Shown piece after piece: positions 24,241 to 37,814 of a stretch of DNA of 64,000 bases. A model generated the notes under the pieces. It saw only the letters and a list, made by a program, of their open reading frames with translations. It ran no database searches and had not been told where the DNA came from. The position numbers were made by a program, and so were the translations under genes. The DNA comes from Octopus vulgaris (taxonomy: Eukaryota), in contig OX597831.1 in the NCBI GenBank assembly GCA_951406725.2, positions 26,226,001 to 26,290,000 on the forward strand, read 5' to 3'. How positions within the stretch are numbered: the stretch's first letter is position 1; each line of letters starts with the position of its first letter.

Positions 24241-25596
24241 CAGAGTAGTAAAAAGTCCCTTGCCTGTAAAACAGCCAAGGGATGCAACAACATCCAGCCA
24301 TAATACACTGAATCAAATCATTCACCCATTCTATCATAACAACAAGATGGATTAGGTGATTATTGACAGAAAAGAAAAACGAAAATGAATGGATGGCAAA
24401 GATATAGATTTGAATAAATGTAAATACCATGTAAATCTGAAATTCCTTAATCAATTTAAAACCATATCTCATGATTATTCAGAATAACTGTCAGTATTGT
24501 AATTATACCTAATAACAAATGATCTTACTTAACAAGCCAAGGGAGCGTCCACACCCGTGTTTGATTGCCAAATCATTTTCAAATTACACCTGAGTTTTTT
24601 TTTGTTTCTTTTTAAAAAAGGATGCATAAGAGGATGATGTGTCCTATCTTTAAACACCATGTTTTTATGTTGCAAATGCATTTAAGCTTGGATATATATT
24701 TAACCAGTGGAAAAATAGGCCTGTGAAACATAGGTTGTGTAAGTCTAATTTACAAAAATGTCTAATTAGAATGTAATACTTTTTTTTTCTTTTTATTGTA
24801 TCTAAAATTATACCAGATACACTCAGAGATCAGCTACTACAAACTCAATCATAGACCAACTTCTTGCCATAAAGTGACAACAAAACCAATAGAAAATAAG
24901 TTAAGGCAGTGCTCCAGCATGGTCACAGTCCAATGACTGAAACCATTAAAAGAATGAAAAGAAAATGTAGGTTTAGATACACTACGAATGAGAAAAATTG
25001 GAGGATTACAAATGAAATGTCTTTGAATAGAAGTTTTCTCAGTAAGAGCAAACATGTCTCAAAAATTATTTCACAAGATCTTTTTTACCTGTAAAACCAT
25101 AGAAGAAAAAAGTGTTAGGTCTGTAGAGTGGCTATTTCTCTTCATGCAGAAAAGAACAATGTTTGTTGAAGGTGATATTAATTAAACGAGCTCATTAATT
25201 TTCCTTGAATTTGTATAGCGTAACTGAGTTTATAGGTATATGTTTGGGAGGAAATTCTAGTGTAAAGTAATTTAAATGTTCATTATTGAATTCTAGAACT
25301 TTCCACTAAGCAAATAGCTAACACATTTGGGGGGTTAATTAGATTTATAAGTTACCATTTGCTTACTTTGTTATTCCATTAGTTCTCTAATTCCTCCAGC
25401 TTGTTAAGAGTTAAAATTAGGTTGTTAGCATTTGGACAGTCATTACATTGATGGACAGCCATTAAATCATCATAGACTGCTGTTCCTGTCTTTATTTCCT
25501 TGACTAACAAAGATAGGGACAATAATCTTACAGTGTCTTATTGGTAACTACAACAAATACACTTAATATACTTCTATTCTTTTTTTTTTATATATA

Positions 25597-25975
25597 TATC
25601 AACAGATGCTTGTGTAGTATACTTAAAGTTAGATGGCCCGAACACATAAGCAATATGGAGCTATGGCAAAGAACAAATGAAGTTTCGATTAGGGAGCAAA
25701 TATTTAAGAAAAAGTGGAAGTGGATTAGTAGCACAATTAGAAAAGACACACCAAATGTAGCGAAAAGTGCTTTACAGTGGAAACCGGATGGAAATAGAAG
25801 GAAAAGTAGGCCTAAGAACTCGTGGTGGAGATCGACACAAAAGGAATTAGAGAAAGGGGGACATTAATGGCAGAGTATAAGTACAGAAGCAAAAAATTAT
25901 GCGACATGGAATTCAACTTTAAGTGGCCTATACTTCGCGTTGGAGAGTTAAAGGCATAAAGAAGATAAAGAAGAA
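25597..25975 (+). mobile_element. RTE-clade LINE 3' fragment
   Basis: INRCLCSILKVRWPEHISNMELWQRT...KWKWIS...ALQWKPDGNRRKSRPKNSW; (taaagaaga)n tail. Confidence 0.85.
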
Positions 25976-26193
25976 ATATATATATCAAATAGAACAAGAC
26001 TTCCAGCATAGTTTTAATGAGTCTTTAAGTATTTTAAGAAACATTCCTGGCAATTTCAGTTCTTGGTGTTAAGCCATATCATCATTAAGTCATTCTTACT
26101 TCATCTTTTTTTTTAGAAGTAAAATGGAATAAATACAGACATGGCCAACTGCCTCAATTGTCTGTGAAGGTGTGTATTATGTACTTAGGAATA

Positions 26194-26520
26194 GTGAAGG
26201 TGTGTGGCTCAGTGGTTAGGGTATATAGCTCATGATTGTAATGTCCTGGGTTCAATTCCCAATGGCACAGTGTGTCCTTGAGCAAGTCCCTTTATTACAC
26301 ATTGCTCCAGCTCACTCAGCTGGTAAAAAATGAGTAATACCTGTATTTCAAAGGACCAGCCTCATTACATTCAGTGTCATGCTGAACCTCTTGGAGAACT
26401 ATATTAAGTGTACACATGTCTGTGGAGTACTCAGCCACTTGCACATTTAATTCATGAGCAGGCTGTTCCATTCATCAGATCAAGTGGTATCCTCAGCATT
26501 GTAACGGATAGAGTGACAGT
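26194..26520 (+). mobile_element. SINE with family C head and alternative tail
   Basis: Head and CORE-like part as 2033, then tgtatttcaaaggaccagcc...gtaacggatagagtgacag. Confidence 0.75.
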
Positions 26521-26895
26521 TTTTTTTTTTTTTTACTTGGCAATACATTAAATTTTACATGCCCCAGCTGCAGCTATTAGAAATATGTAACATACTAATA
26601 TTAACAGAGACAATCTTATATCCTTTTTAATCCCATGAAATCAAAATTAGATGGTGTTTCATAAAATACCGTCAAGGTTTAGGATTTATCTGTATTAATG
26701 TTCTGTTAATCCCAGGTTAGTATCTTTCCATCAACACTCTCATTTCTAACATCCTAACATCTTTAATAATAAATAATTCACAACTTTTTGAAGTAAACAA
26801 TTTGAATGAACATATATGTACACACCCTTACTCACATATTTTAATTAAGCTAATCAGTTGTCATCAGAATAAATTGGTTAGTCATCAACAATCAA

Positions 26896-27300
26896 AGGTG
26901 CAGGAGTGGCTGTGTGGTAAGTAGCTTGTTTAGCAACCACATGGTTCTGGGTTCATTCCCACTGCATGGCCCCTTGGGCAAGTGTCTTCTACTATAACCT
27001 CAGGCTGACCAAAGCCTTGTGAGTAGATTTGGTAGATGGAAACTGAAAGAAGCCCATTGTATATATGTATATGTATATATATGTATGTGGGTGTATATGT
27101 ATGTGTGTCTGTGTTTGTCCCCAAACATCAATTGACAACCGATGCTGGTGTGTTTATGTCCCCGTAACTTAGCAGTTTGGCAAAAGTGCCCGATAGAATA
27201 GGTACTAGGCTTCCAAAGAATAAGTCCTGGGGTTGACTTGCTCGTCTAAAGGCGGAGCTCCAGCATGGCCACAGTCAAATGACTGAAACAAGTAAAAGAT
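26896..27300 (+). mobile_element. SINE family A
   Basis: Full-length copy. Confidence 0.9.
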
Positions 27301-27490
27301 AAATCAAAATTAGCTGATAACAAAAACTTAAATATTTTGACTTTGTTTTTTTTTATACTTTTATTTTTTATTTTTGTGAATTTAAATGCTGTTCGTTCAT
27401 TTTACCTACCATTATGGAGTAGAAGTCTTTGTGTTGAACTTACAGGTATGAGTAGGTGCATATATCAGATTAAATGGAAGAAATACATGT

Positions 27491-27990
27491 TAGGTGAAAA
27501 TAGAGAATACAGCTAAATGGCAGGTGAAAATAAGGAATATAGGTATATATCAGATGAAAATGGTGAATGTGGATACATGTCAAGAGAAAATAAGGAGTAA
27601 ATAGGCATGAAGTCATTATCATCATCATCATCGCCATTTAGATGATGATGATGAGGACACCCACATTTACTATCCAGGTGAAAATTGGGAATACAGGTAT
27701 GTATCAGGTGAAAATGGTGAATGTGGATACATGTCAAGAGAAAATAAGGAGTATATAGGCATGAAGTCATTATCATCATCATCATCATCGCCAGTTAGAC
27801 GATGATGATGACACCCACATTTACTATTCAGGTGAAAATTGGGAATACAGGTATGTATCAGGTGAAAATGATGAATGTGGATAGGTATCAAATGAAAGTA
27901 GGGCATTTTGAGAGTCAGGTGTAAAGGATATGGATATAAGTCAGCCGAAAATGGTAAATATGGGTTTATGGAAGGTGAAAATGGTGAATA
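27491..27990. repeat. 30-bp minisatellite with 154-bp higher-order duplication
   Basis: caggtgaaaatggtgaatgtggatacatgt-like units; block repeats at 27521, 27675 and 27829. Confidence 0.85.
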
Positions 27991-28250
27991 TATTACTTGT
28001 AAACACTTGATTTGTGTATCAGAAACTGGGAATGGATACTGCTCATTGAGTTTTTTTTTATAATTAATATGGTGAACAGTGGTGGTTGGTGGACTTCAGT
28101 GTGATTTTCTGCATCCAGTGTACAGTGGCAGTTTATCTTTTATCTTTCACTTGTTTCAGCCATTACACTGTGGCCATGCTGGAGCACTACTAACTTGGAG
28201 AATTTTTTAGTTGAATGACTCAACTCCAGCACATTTTTAATATATACGCA

Positions 28251-28422
28251 TAGGTGCAGGAGTGGGTGTGTGGTAAGAAGGTTGCTTACCAACCACATGA
28301 TTCCGGGTTCATTCCCACTGCGTCGTACCTTGGGCAAGTGTCTTCTACTATAGCCTCGGGCTGACCAAAGCCTTGTGAGTGGATTTGGTAGACGGAAACT
28401 GAAAGAAGCCCACCGTATATAC

Positions 28423-28455
<33 letters not shown>

Positions 28456-28695
28456 TGTATGTATGTATGTATGTGTGTGTGTTTGTGTGTCTGTGTTTGT
28501 GCCCCGCAACATTGCTTGATAACCGATGGTGGTGTGTTTACGTCCCCGTAACTTAGCAGTTTGGCAAAAGAGACCGATAGAATAAGTACTAGGCTTCCAA
28601 AGAATAAGTCCTGGGGTCGATTTGCTCGACTAAAGGTGGTGCTCCAGCATGGCCACAGTCAAATGACTGAAACAAGTAAAAGAGTAAAAGAGTAT
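28251..28695 (+). mobile_element. SINE family A
   Basis: Full-length copy with (tatg)n; reverse family A fragments at 28135-28235 and 28700-28845. Confidence 0.9.
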
Positions 28696-28889
28696 ACAAT
28701 AGGCTTCTTTCAGCTTCTATCAACCTGATCCACTCATAAGGCTTTGGTCAGCCCAAGGCAAAAGTAGATAACACTTGCCCAAGATGTCACACGTTAGGAC
28801 TGAATCTGGAACCATGTTGTTTCAGAAGCAAGCTTCTTACGTGCTACAGTGGAGGCTGGCAAATGGCCACGATCGGTTGGTGCTTTTAC

Positions 28890-28923
<34 letters not shown>

Positions 28924-29949
28924 GTATATATACACACACATATATATATATAGATACACACATATATATACATACATATATACATATGTACATACATACG
29001 CACAAATTATATATACATATATCAGAGGAAAAAGCAAAACCAAGGCAGAACGAGTATCTCAAGCCATTTAGAATAATTTCATTAGGGTAAGTTGCGTTTG
29101 AAGACTTACAACCGTTTTTGGGATAATCCAAGTGATAGGTAAGCATGTCCACACACTGGGTATTCCGTCAATCTAGGGAAAAAATGATTAACAATATGCT
29201 AAGTGAAGTTCAAGGAAGAAAAGCTTTGTGGTAAGAAGTGGAAGTACAGCGATGTGGAGGCTTGTATATTAGGTTGGTGTAAGCAAAATTGTATAGAATT
29301 AGGGAATTCAGAATCATAGAGACTGGTGTATCAATGGTTAGAAGAGACAGTGTAGAATGTTAGTTTCTTTCTAATTATGTAACTGAAAGTAGGCACCGTT
29401 TGGAGTTGACAAGTAAGTGGTTAGTGTTAGGAAAGGTGAACAAATTTGTTCCAATAGTTCACATACTAGTTATAACTAGATCTGCAGGATTTGATAACAT
29501 TCATGTTAGTAAAATACAAATTATATCCGTGTCTTCAGTGAACCTTTCATTGACCTGTTCAACCACTGTTTGAGTTTGTATATCCAGCAAGGATATTTAT
29601 CTATGGAATACATACAGAAAAATAAAAGGAAAATTTCACAGTGCTCCAACAGAATTATTTAAACATTACCTTAGCAGAGAGATTTATCATCATTATTGTT
29701 GCTGTTGTTACTGCTATCCAATTGAAGAATTATTTTATCAGTTTTCTAGCTAAGTTTATCTAATGTTAATTATGAATCATATGCCTTCAGATATGACTTA
29801 AACTGATGTCCCCCAACCTTCCTCAATCTTTATCAGTAACCATTTATACCATCTCTATCAAAACCATGCCTACAAGTTCATGGTTAGTCATCTGAACCTT
29901 TCTTGGCAAGTCAGCTAAAAATTAGATAACCAAAGAGATGCCATTTTAA

Positions 29950-30170
29950 CCCTTTCGTTACTAATCTGGCTGAAACCGGCTCTGGCTCTGTAGTACAAAT
30001 GTTTTGTTTTCATAAGTTTTGAATCAAAATCTTCCACCAAACCTTAGTTACTAGTTATGTTCATAACACTAGCTTAATGATAACTAAGTCATTTTACTAA
30101 ATTCTTTGTTATATTTAAAATAATTGAAAGAAACACAGAGCATCTCAAAATAAATACAGTAACGAAAGGG
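29950..30170 (+). mobile_element. piggyBac-type MITE
   Basis: TTAA-CCCTTTCGTTAC...GTAACGAAAGGG-TTAA, 221 bp. Confidence 0.85.
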
Positions 30171-30839
30171 TTAAATGCAACAAAGAATTTCAGTGTGGAA
30201 TATTTGCATTGAACAGACCGAGTGATTATGCAAAAACTCTCCTGTATGGCCATACTGACTAAAAAGTTTGCTTCGCAATCATGTGAGTTATTTTAAGATC
30301 AATCCCATTGTGGGGCACTTTATGCAAGTATCTTCGATCATAGCCTTAGGTTGACTCAAGTTTTATGAGTAAAACTGAAGAGAAGCAAATTCCATGGAAA
30401 CCAATTGCAAGTTCTTCAGTAGTAGATTTGTTGCTTGGTTTTACAAATGTTTGAGTCAAGTTTCTGATGCAAAGATGACCCTAAGCCTTGTTTCCATTCT
30501 CTCATCCATCACAGATCCACTGCAAAAACACAATGGGCAATTCCGTTTTTCATCTGGCTAAGTTGCAAAACTGCTCTACCCCTGGGTGGAGCATAACTGT
30601 GATGGCTTACAAATGATTATTGTTTTTTTAATTTTTTAATATATCTTTTAGTCTGGAGAAAAATCAATGCCCATGAGTCTTTGCAGGGTCTTGAGACAGG
30701 CAGGAGAAAAGGAAGAAGCTCTCCTCAAACTGGAGGCCTGACCCAGATGCTTACAAAGAGAAGATTTTGTTTAACACACTCAGAATCCTAGGTAGTTGTC
30801 TTAGATTGGACAAGAGATTGTCTGTCACCCAAGTATGCC

Positions 30840-31385
30840 ATGGTAAGATTTGAACCCAGAACATAAAGAGTCAGAACAAATACCACAAGGCATTCTTATC
30901 ACAGCTCTAATGATTCTTCCTGTTCATCACCTATAGGACCTCTTCACAAAATAACAAGAAGAAGAAGAATTTGTTTCAAATTTTAGCATAAAGTCAACAG
31001 CTGGGAATGGGGCGGTTGATTCCATTAAGCCCAGTACTTAACTAGTATTTTATTGTATTAGCCACAATAGAGTGAAAAGTAATGTTGACTTCAGTGGTAT
31101 TTGAATTCAGTGCTTAACAAACTGGAAGAAATGCTGCTAAGCATTTCTTCCAGCCCTTTATGACAATGCTAATGTTTCTGCCCCCTCACCATTTTAATGA
31201 TTATAATAATAATAACTCTTTCTACTATAGGCACAAGGCCTGAAATTTGTGGGTAGGAAGCTAGTTGATTAATTACACCAACCCCCCCAGTGCACAACTG
31301 GTATCAATTTCATTGATCCCAAAAGGAATTAAAAAGCAACATTGACTTTGGTGGAATTTGAACTCAGTATGTAAAACTAGAAGGA
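30840..31385 (-). mobile_element. Cluster of three diverged SINE B copies
   Basis: gatttgaacccagaac and ttctactataggcacaaggcctgaaattt motifs. Confidence 0.65.
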
Positions 31386-32083
31386 ACTATTTCAATGAGC
31401 TGTAATCATGCTTCTGATAACCATTAACTGCTCCGTACAAAGCAGAAGTGGTACTACCCTAATCAAGAAAGCTTATATCGCTGGTCCCATATTTGGAAAG
31501 TTTACCTCTGTTGCATTAAATATTATACCTTGAAGATAAAACTTCAGTGAAATTAAAGATGTTTTGCATTCTTAAACCAAAGCTGAACCGTGTATGGGGA
31601 TAAAAAAAAGTATCCTGTCGCAGTAGTAATAATAGAATTTTTGTTTTGCAAAAGACAATAGCCAGAAGTTGGGAAATTGAAAAACATAATAATTGTAAAT
31701 CATTTACCGGTTGTTTCTTACGGACATAAAAATATGAAACAATTTTGCTGCAAACTCTATCAACACAAAAAAAAAAGCCATTCATGACCAATAGCAATTA
31801 TTAACAATTTTTCTTTCTTTCAAAAATTTGATCTTTCTATTGTAATTGCTGGTGGAGATGGTTGACACCTCTCGTTTACAATGCCTTTCTTCATATTTCA
31901 ACAACAAAAGTTTTGTTCTTTTTTTTTTTCACTTTGTGAAATCCTAACAGTAAAAGGTTGGTTTGTCATTATTATTGTTGCACGGTTTTGTTTGAAGGAA
32001 ATTTACGGTTGTTTTTACCAAAAATATGGTACATGTGACAACAAATGCGCAGTGTTCAGTGACATAATTAAACTACTACTACT

Positions 32084-32400
32084 GTGGAGGCGCAATGGCC
32101 CAGTGGTTGGAGCAGTGGACTCACGGTTGGAGCATTGCGGTTTCAATTCCCAGACCAGGCGTTGTATGTGTCTATTGAGCAAAAACACCTAAAGCTCCTC
32201 AAGGCTCCGGCAGAGAGTGGTGGCGACCCTTGTTGTACTCTTTCGCCCCAACTTTCTCTCACTCTTTCTTCTTGTTTCTTGGGTAATGCTGCAATGAACT
32301 GGTGTCCTGTCCAGCTGGTGGGGGGGGAACTCTTACGCCACAGAAACCAGGAAACCAGGTCCATGAGCCTGGCTAGGCTTGAAAAGGGAGCATAAATAAA
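32084..32400 (+). mobile_element. SINE with family D head and V-domain-like tail
   Basis: gtggaggcgcaatggcccagtgg head; tail gctgcaatgaactggtgtcctgtccagctgg...catgagcctggctaggct shared with 59522-59773. Confidence 0.8.
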
Positions 32401-32534
32401 AACTACTACTACCTACTACTATTACTTCTTCTTCTTCTTCTATGGCTACTACAACTGCTGCTGCTGCTGCTACTAGTATTCCTCCTCCTACTGCTATTGC
32501 TACTATCACCACCACCATAACCATTATTATTATG

Positions 32535-32765
32535 AAAGTGGTCAGCTGGCAGAAACAGTGGCATGCTGGACAAATTGCTTTGTGGCATTTCTTCTGGTTT
32601 TACATTCTGAGTTCAAATTCCACCAAGGTCAATGTAGCCTTTCAATTCCTTTTGGGATCAATGAAATTGATACCAGTTGTGCACTGGGGGGGGGGGGGTG
32701 ATGTAATTAATCAACTAGCCTCCAACCCACAAATTTCGGGCCTTGTGCCTATGGTAGAAACATTT
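32535..32765 (+). mobile_element. SINE family B
   Basis: agctggcagaaac..gagttcaaattccaccaaggtc..gccttgtgcctatggtaga. Confidence 0.75.
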
Positions 32766-32769
32766 ATTC

Positions 32770-33545
32770 CTCAAGCAATTTCATCAAGAGCTGATGCATC
32801 CACTTGCAAAATTCGATCCCTTTTTGTACTGCTACTTTCCACTTAGGAGGTCTATTGACATGGTTGGTCCTTTTCTGTGTCATCCTGATACCTAGTTGAG
32901 CAGTGGAATAGATGAGGTTATTTGAGGTTGTTAGGTCATTTCCTTTATTTCTTAAAATATTTCTAAGGGCAACATTATATATTATGATTGTGTAGTTACT
33001 TTTTATGCTATTTGAGAGTTTAGGTAGCGGTTCTCTATTGATCATGTCTGTAATTTCAGTTTTGTTCAGTTCTCTCATAACATCTTTTACTTCTATAATC
33101 TTCCCTTTATTATTCACCTCAAATTCTGTTTGATATCTATTCTAGTGTCCTTAAAGTAGGTCTACTTTCTCCTCTTTACCTGCATATCTGTTCTTTGCTA
33201 TTCTTTCTTCAGCTTTCTCATTGGGATGTACTTCTCATACACTGGGTTCTGTGCATCTGTTATTTACTTCATCTGCATTGTTGCTGTTTTCATTTGGTCT
33301 ACCATAAGATATTTATGTCCTAATTTGGCTAATTTCAGCATCAGTTAACCTTTTATTCTTAATGATGTCTCTATGTACATTACTTAATTTATTTGCGTCT
33401 ACATATCTACATACTTTGTTGACTACTAAGTTTCTCCATGAAGTCTATGTTTGTACAATGAGTTTATTGTTTGGGTTTAGTTGGGCTGTATAGAAATCTT
33501 TCAACACATCTCTTTTATCCTAGTTTATTTTATGCATTTTGCTTT
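32770..33545 (-). pseudogene. R4/Dong-type non-LTR retrotransposon ORF N-terminal remnant
   Basis: Minus strand DVLKDFYTAQL...SWRN...DANKLSNVHRDIIKNKRLTDAEISQIR, then REPLPKL...NNLIYSTA...PPKWK. Confidence 0.6.
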
Positions 33546-33704
33546 AGGTGGTATTAATTACCCACTCTCCAATATATTAAAAAGTTTTAAATCCTCACCT
33601 ATTGTCCTCAGGGGTAATTGTCCTTGGGTGAGGTTATTGTCCTAGACTCATTTCATTGCCTGTCGACACTTATTATGCCAAGATCTTTGTAAATAAATTA
33701 GCTA

Positions 33705-34125
33705 TAGGCACTGGAGTGGCTGTGTAGTCAGTAGCTTGCTTACCAGCCACATGGTTCCGGGTTCATTCCCACTGTGTGGCACCTTGCGCAGGTGTCTTCT
33801 ACTATAGCCTCGGGCTGACCAAAGCCTTGTTAGTGGATTTGGTAGACGGAAACTGATAGAAAGCCATCATATATATGTATATATATATATGTAAGTGTAT
33901 GTATATGTTTGTGTGTCTGTGTTTGTCCCCCAACATTGCTTGACAACCAATGCTGGTGTGTTTACATCCCTGTAACTTAGCGGTTCTGCAATGGCGACCG
34001 ATAGAATAAGTACTAGGCTTCCAAAGAATAAGTCCTGGGGTCGATTTGCTCCACTAAAGGTGGTGCTCCAGCATGGCCACAGTCAAATGACTGAAACAAG
34101 TAAAAGAGTAAAGCAAGTAAAGAGT
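33705..34125 (+). mobile_element. SINE family A
   Basis: Full-length copy. Confidence 0.9.
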
Positions 34126-35125
34126 ATAATCACTCTCAATATACTTATTGGAGCCACCGTCAGAAATTACACAGTTACTACCGATCAGAACTTCTACTAC
34201 CTACCCCTTTGACCACACACCAACAGTGTCACCTCTACAGACCAGCAGCCTCAATGCCACCAACTGTTTAACCATAGATATCACCACTTCTGTCTGTGAG
34301 CACCGTCTGTACTATCACTTCTACAAAACATCATTTTCGACAATAGTTTGTGTCGTCAATGTGTTTTCTCTCAATCTTTATCAACAAATTCAACTACCAT
34401 CAGCAGCACTAAATCTTTTTGAGTACAGACCAGCCTCTCCTCTTCGTCATCGTCCATCATTTCATCAATATCAGTTTACCTGTTCATTTTCCATTCTTTT
34501 ATCATCAACAATATGATTCCCCCCCCTCTCTCTCTCTCTCTCCCTCTCACTTGCTGGTCTTTCTTCATTCCAGATGCTATGTAAATGGTTGATATTGATG
34601 ACGGTGATGGCTGTAGTTGTGACAATGATGACAGTGGGTTGTTGATAATGAAAATAGTATTTGTCTTTATTACATTTTTTTTTTTAATTACACTTCATCT
34701 TCTTTGGCTATGTAACATGTTGAAGAGAGCATCGTGATAATGATGATGATAATGGTAAGCCAGCATATGAGGAGGAAAAGCAGAATAGATTTACACCTAT
34801 ACAAACTTGAGTGTTTCTTTTAATTTTTCTCTTTTCATATTTATTATAATTATTGTTGTTAAGAAATCATTATTATTATTATCATTATAATTTGCATTCG
34901 ATTGAATGTATGTCTGTAGTCCATAATTGTCTATAGACTTAGCCGTGGCAGGTTTACATTAACGAGCTTTTGTAAATTAGTGTAGTAGTGAAGCTGGAAG
35001 TAATCATCTTAAAAGCAGCATTTTTTTATGAAAGAAAATAGCCTGTCTGAAAGAAAAAAAAACAGTGAAGTAGCATTCAGTTATCTAACAATGACTTTCA
35101 TATTCATTTACTTTCAACTTAAAAT

Positions 35126-35170
<45 letters not shown>

Positions 35171-36000
35171 ATGTATCTATCTGTCTACATCTATCTGTGT
35201 CTTTCTATAGCGTATTCTTTATTTTGATTAGTTGTCTGAAAAAGAGTTTAGAAAATCTTTTAAAAAAAAAACCTAAAATAAAATCCTTATGCAGTTCTAC
35301 TAACATTGAGGTAAAAAAAAATATAACCTGTAATATTCATGTATTCGTAATGATTTCTCAGAAGACCAATTGCTGAAAAGAGAAAAGATACAGCTGATTA
35401 GATCACCATACCCCTAATATATTTAAATACTTATTTTACTGATCCCACGAAAATTATGCAAGGTAAGACTGTTATAAATAAGATTTCAACTACAAACTAG
35501 AAAAGTGAATGACTAAATATTTTTTTGGCATTTAGTTTCTGTTCTAATTAGTAACTAGCTAACTTCATTCTTGCTTTTAATTATATTAAAGCTACAATTC
35601 AGAGAAATTCAAAATAAGAATCCCCTCTTGAAAAGCCATGAAAATGATTGACTCAGGGCTGTAAAAGAGTAATTGACAACTGTTGTTATGTGTTTAGCCA
35701 AATACAATGTCTCGGTATGATTAGGAGATACAACTGGGATTGAACTTGTATGAACTGTTTTAAAAAATATTTTTTCTCTTAACTCTTATTCAGAGATTTC
35801 ATAAATTTGTTTAAGTCGCTGTGTCTTTAGACTACATGATACGGATGTTAATAATGATGGTGCTGGTAATGATGATGATGATGATGATTGGTGGTGTCAC
35901 TGTTACTTGAGACAATACTAAGCCTTAATTTTCATGCTTTTATGAAAATTTGAACACAAACATTTCTTCCTTCTTTCATTTTCATTAATTATACACAGTA

Positions 36001-36400
36001 TAGCGCAGGAGTGGCTGTGTGGTAAGTAGCTTGTTTACCAACCGCATGGTTCCGGGTTCAGTCCCACTGCGTGGCACCTTGGGCAATTGTCTTCTACTAT
36101 AGCCTCGGGCCGACCAACGCCTTGTGAGTGGATTTGGTAGACAGAAACTAAAAGAAGCCTGTCGTATATGTATATATATGTATATGTATGTGTGTCTGTG
36201 TTTGTCCCCCTAGCATTGCTTGACAACCGATGCTGGTGTGTTTACGTCCCCGTTACTTAGCAGTTCGGCAAAAGAGACTGATAGAATAAGTACTGGGCTT
36301 ACAAAGAATAAGTCCCGGGGTCGATTTGCTCGACTAAAGGCGGTGCTCCAGCATGGCCACAGTCAAATGACTGAAACAAGAAAAAGAGTAAAGAGTAAAG
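36001..36400 (+). mobile_element. SINE family A (CpG-rich, young)
   Basis: Full-length copy. Confidence 0.9.
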
Positions 36401-37592
36401 ATTTACTTATGTGTATGCTTAGTGTAATTTTTTATATCTTTAATGGACTGCGATGACATGAATTAAATGTCTTAGCACAGCATCAGAATTGACGCTGATA
36501 TTATTGACCCTTTGTTCTGTAGACTTTTGCTCAATTTACACATCCAGCTGTGTAAGAACACCATCAACAGTAACTAAGTTCATCAACTTAATGTTTATTA
36601 TTTAAATATACATTATCATAATTTTATAGTATGAAGACAGGCAGAACATAGGAATAATACCAACCTCATTATTTTTATTCATCTAGTTTCTCTATTTCTG
36701 TCTACACATGCTATAAAAACTGATTTTGCAGTGAACTTTTGCTTAATCCATTTTTAATAATGTTTCACGTTTATCATTATTATATTTTAGAATTCTTTTC
36801 TGTAAGAGGAATTTAGTCATTGTAAATTTGTTAACAGTTTTTATAAGTTTTTCTTCAATTTAGTGAAATGTCTGTCCATTTCTTGAAGAAGTAGGAGGTA
36901 AAGTTGAGGAATTGTTGTTCTCTTGGTCAAAAAACTGATGCATCGTTATTGAAAACATAGGCAATCCTATCAGTTCTTCCAACATTAGATTTCCATAATA
37001 TTAGCTACTAATTAAACAAATGTTAATTTTCTTGTACTTCAATTTCCTAATGCAACATTGCTGGAATAACTTTTAGACAATTACATGTTGCCAGTAATTA
37101 TTTGTCATTTGCTATCTCTAATCAATGAACCATGCAGTAAAATTGAATCTGATTTATCATTGACAGAGATTGAAGCAAACAGGGTTAATAGCCTTGCTCA
37201 AGGGTACAATACAACAGCATTAATATTTCTCTAGAAAATTCTTCTATTATATTTCTATTCACATCTAAGAAGCATTATAGGCATATAAATCATAACCATT
37301 ACTTGACGTGTACATTATTTTATCAATTCTGGATCGATGAAAGGCAAAGCTAACCTCAGTGGAATTTCAGTTAATAATGTAAAGGACTATAACTAAATAT
37401 TGCAAGGCTTATTTTGTTCAACACTCTACTGATTGTAGCTGTCCATCACTTTATTTACTTTCATCACTCATCTGTCATTTATCTTAATATTAAACATCAA
37501 TTGTCTTTCGTTGACAAGGTTAGTATTATATGATTATAATTTTACAAACAATTAACCCCTGATTTAGAGAAGAAACATTTTTCTTAATATCT

Positions 37593-37802
37593 ATACACCA
37601 TCTGTATCGATTTGGTCTGCAGTCATCTTCAGGTGTCTTACTCATGGGTATGTGTATAAAAGTAGACTGGATTCAAACTAGAAAACTTTATTTCTAAATT
37701 AATGGTCATTCCTAGTTCAAATCCAATCTGCTACTGAACACACAACCATGAATAAGGCCTCTGATGATAACTGGAGATCAAATCATTGAAACACAGGGTA
37801 CA
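37593..37802. repeat. Old inverted repeat pair, each arm with a decayed hammerhead core
   Basis: ~90-bp diverged arms; CTGAAGA on minus near 37626-37632 and CTGATGA...GAAAC on plus 37761-37792. Confidence 0.55.
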
Positions 37803-37814
37803 TGTGAATACTGA

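Noticed and set aside
29100-29180. Possible decayed hammerhead on minus strand in a TA-flanked element
   Set aside because: Core too degenerate to call
34148-34516. 122-aa Thr/Ser-rich ORF
   Set aside because: Non-ATG start, low-complexity C/A-rich sequence, no domain or splice support
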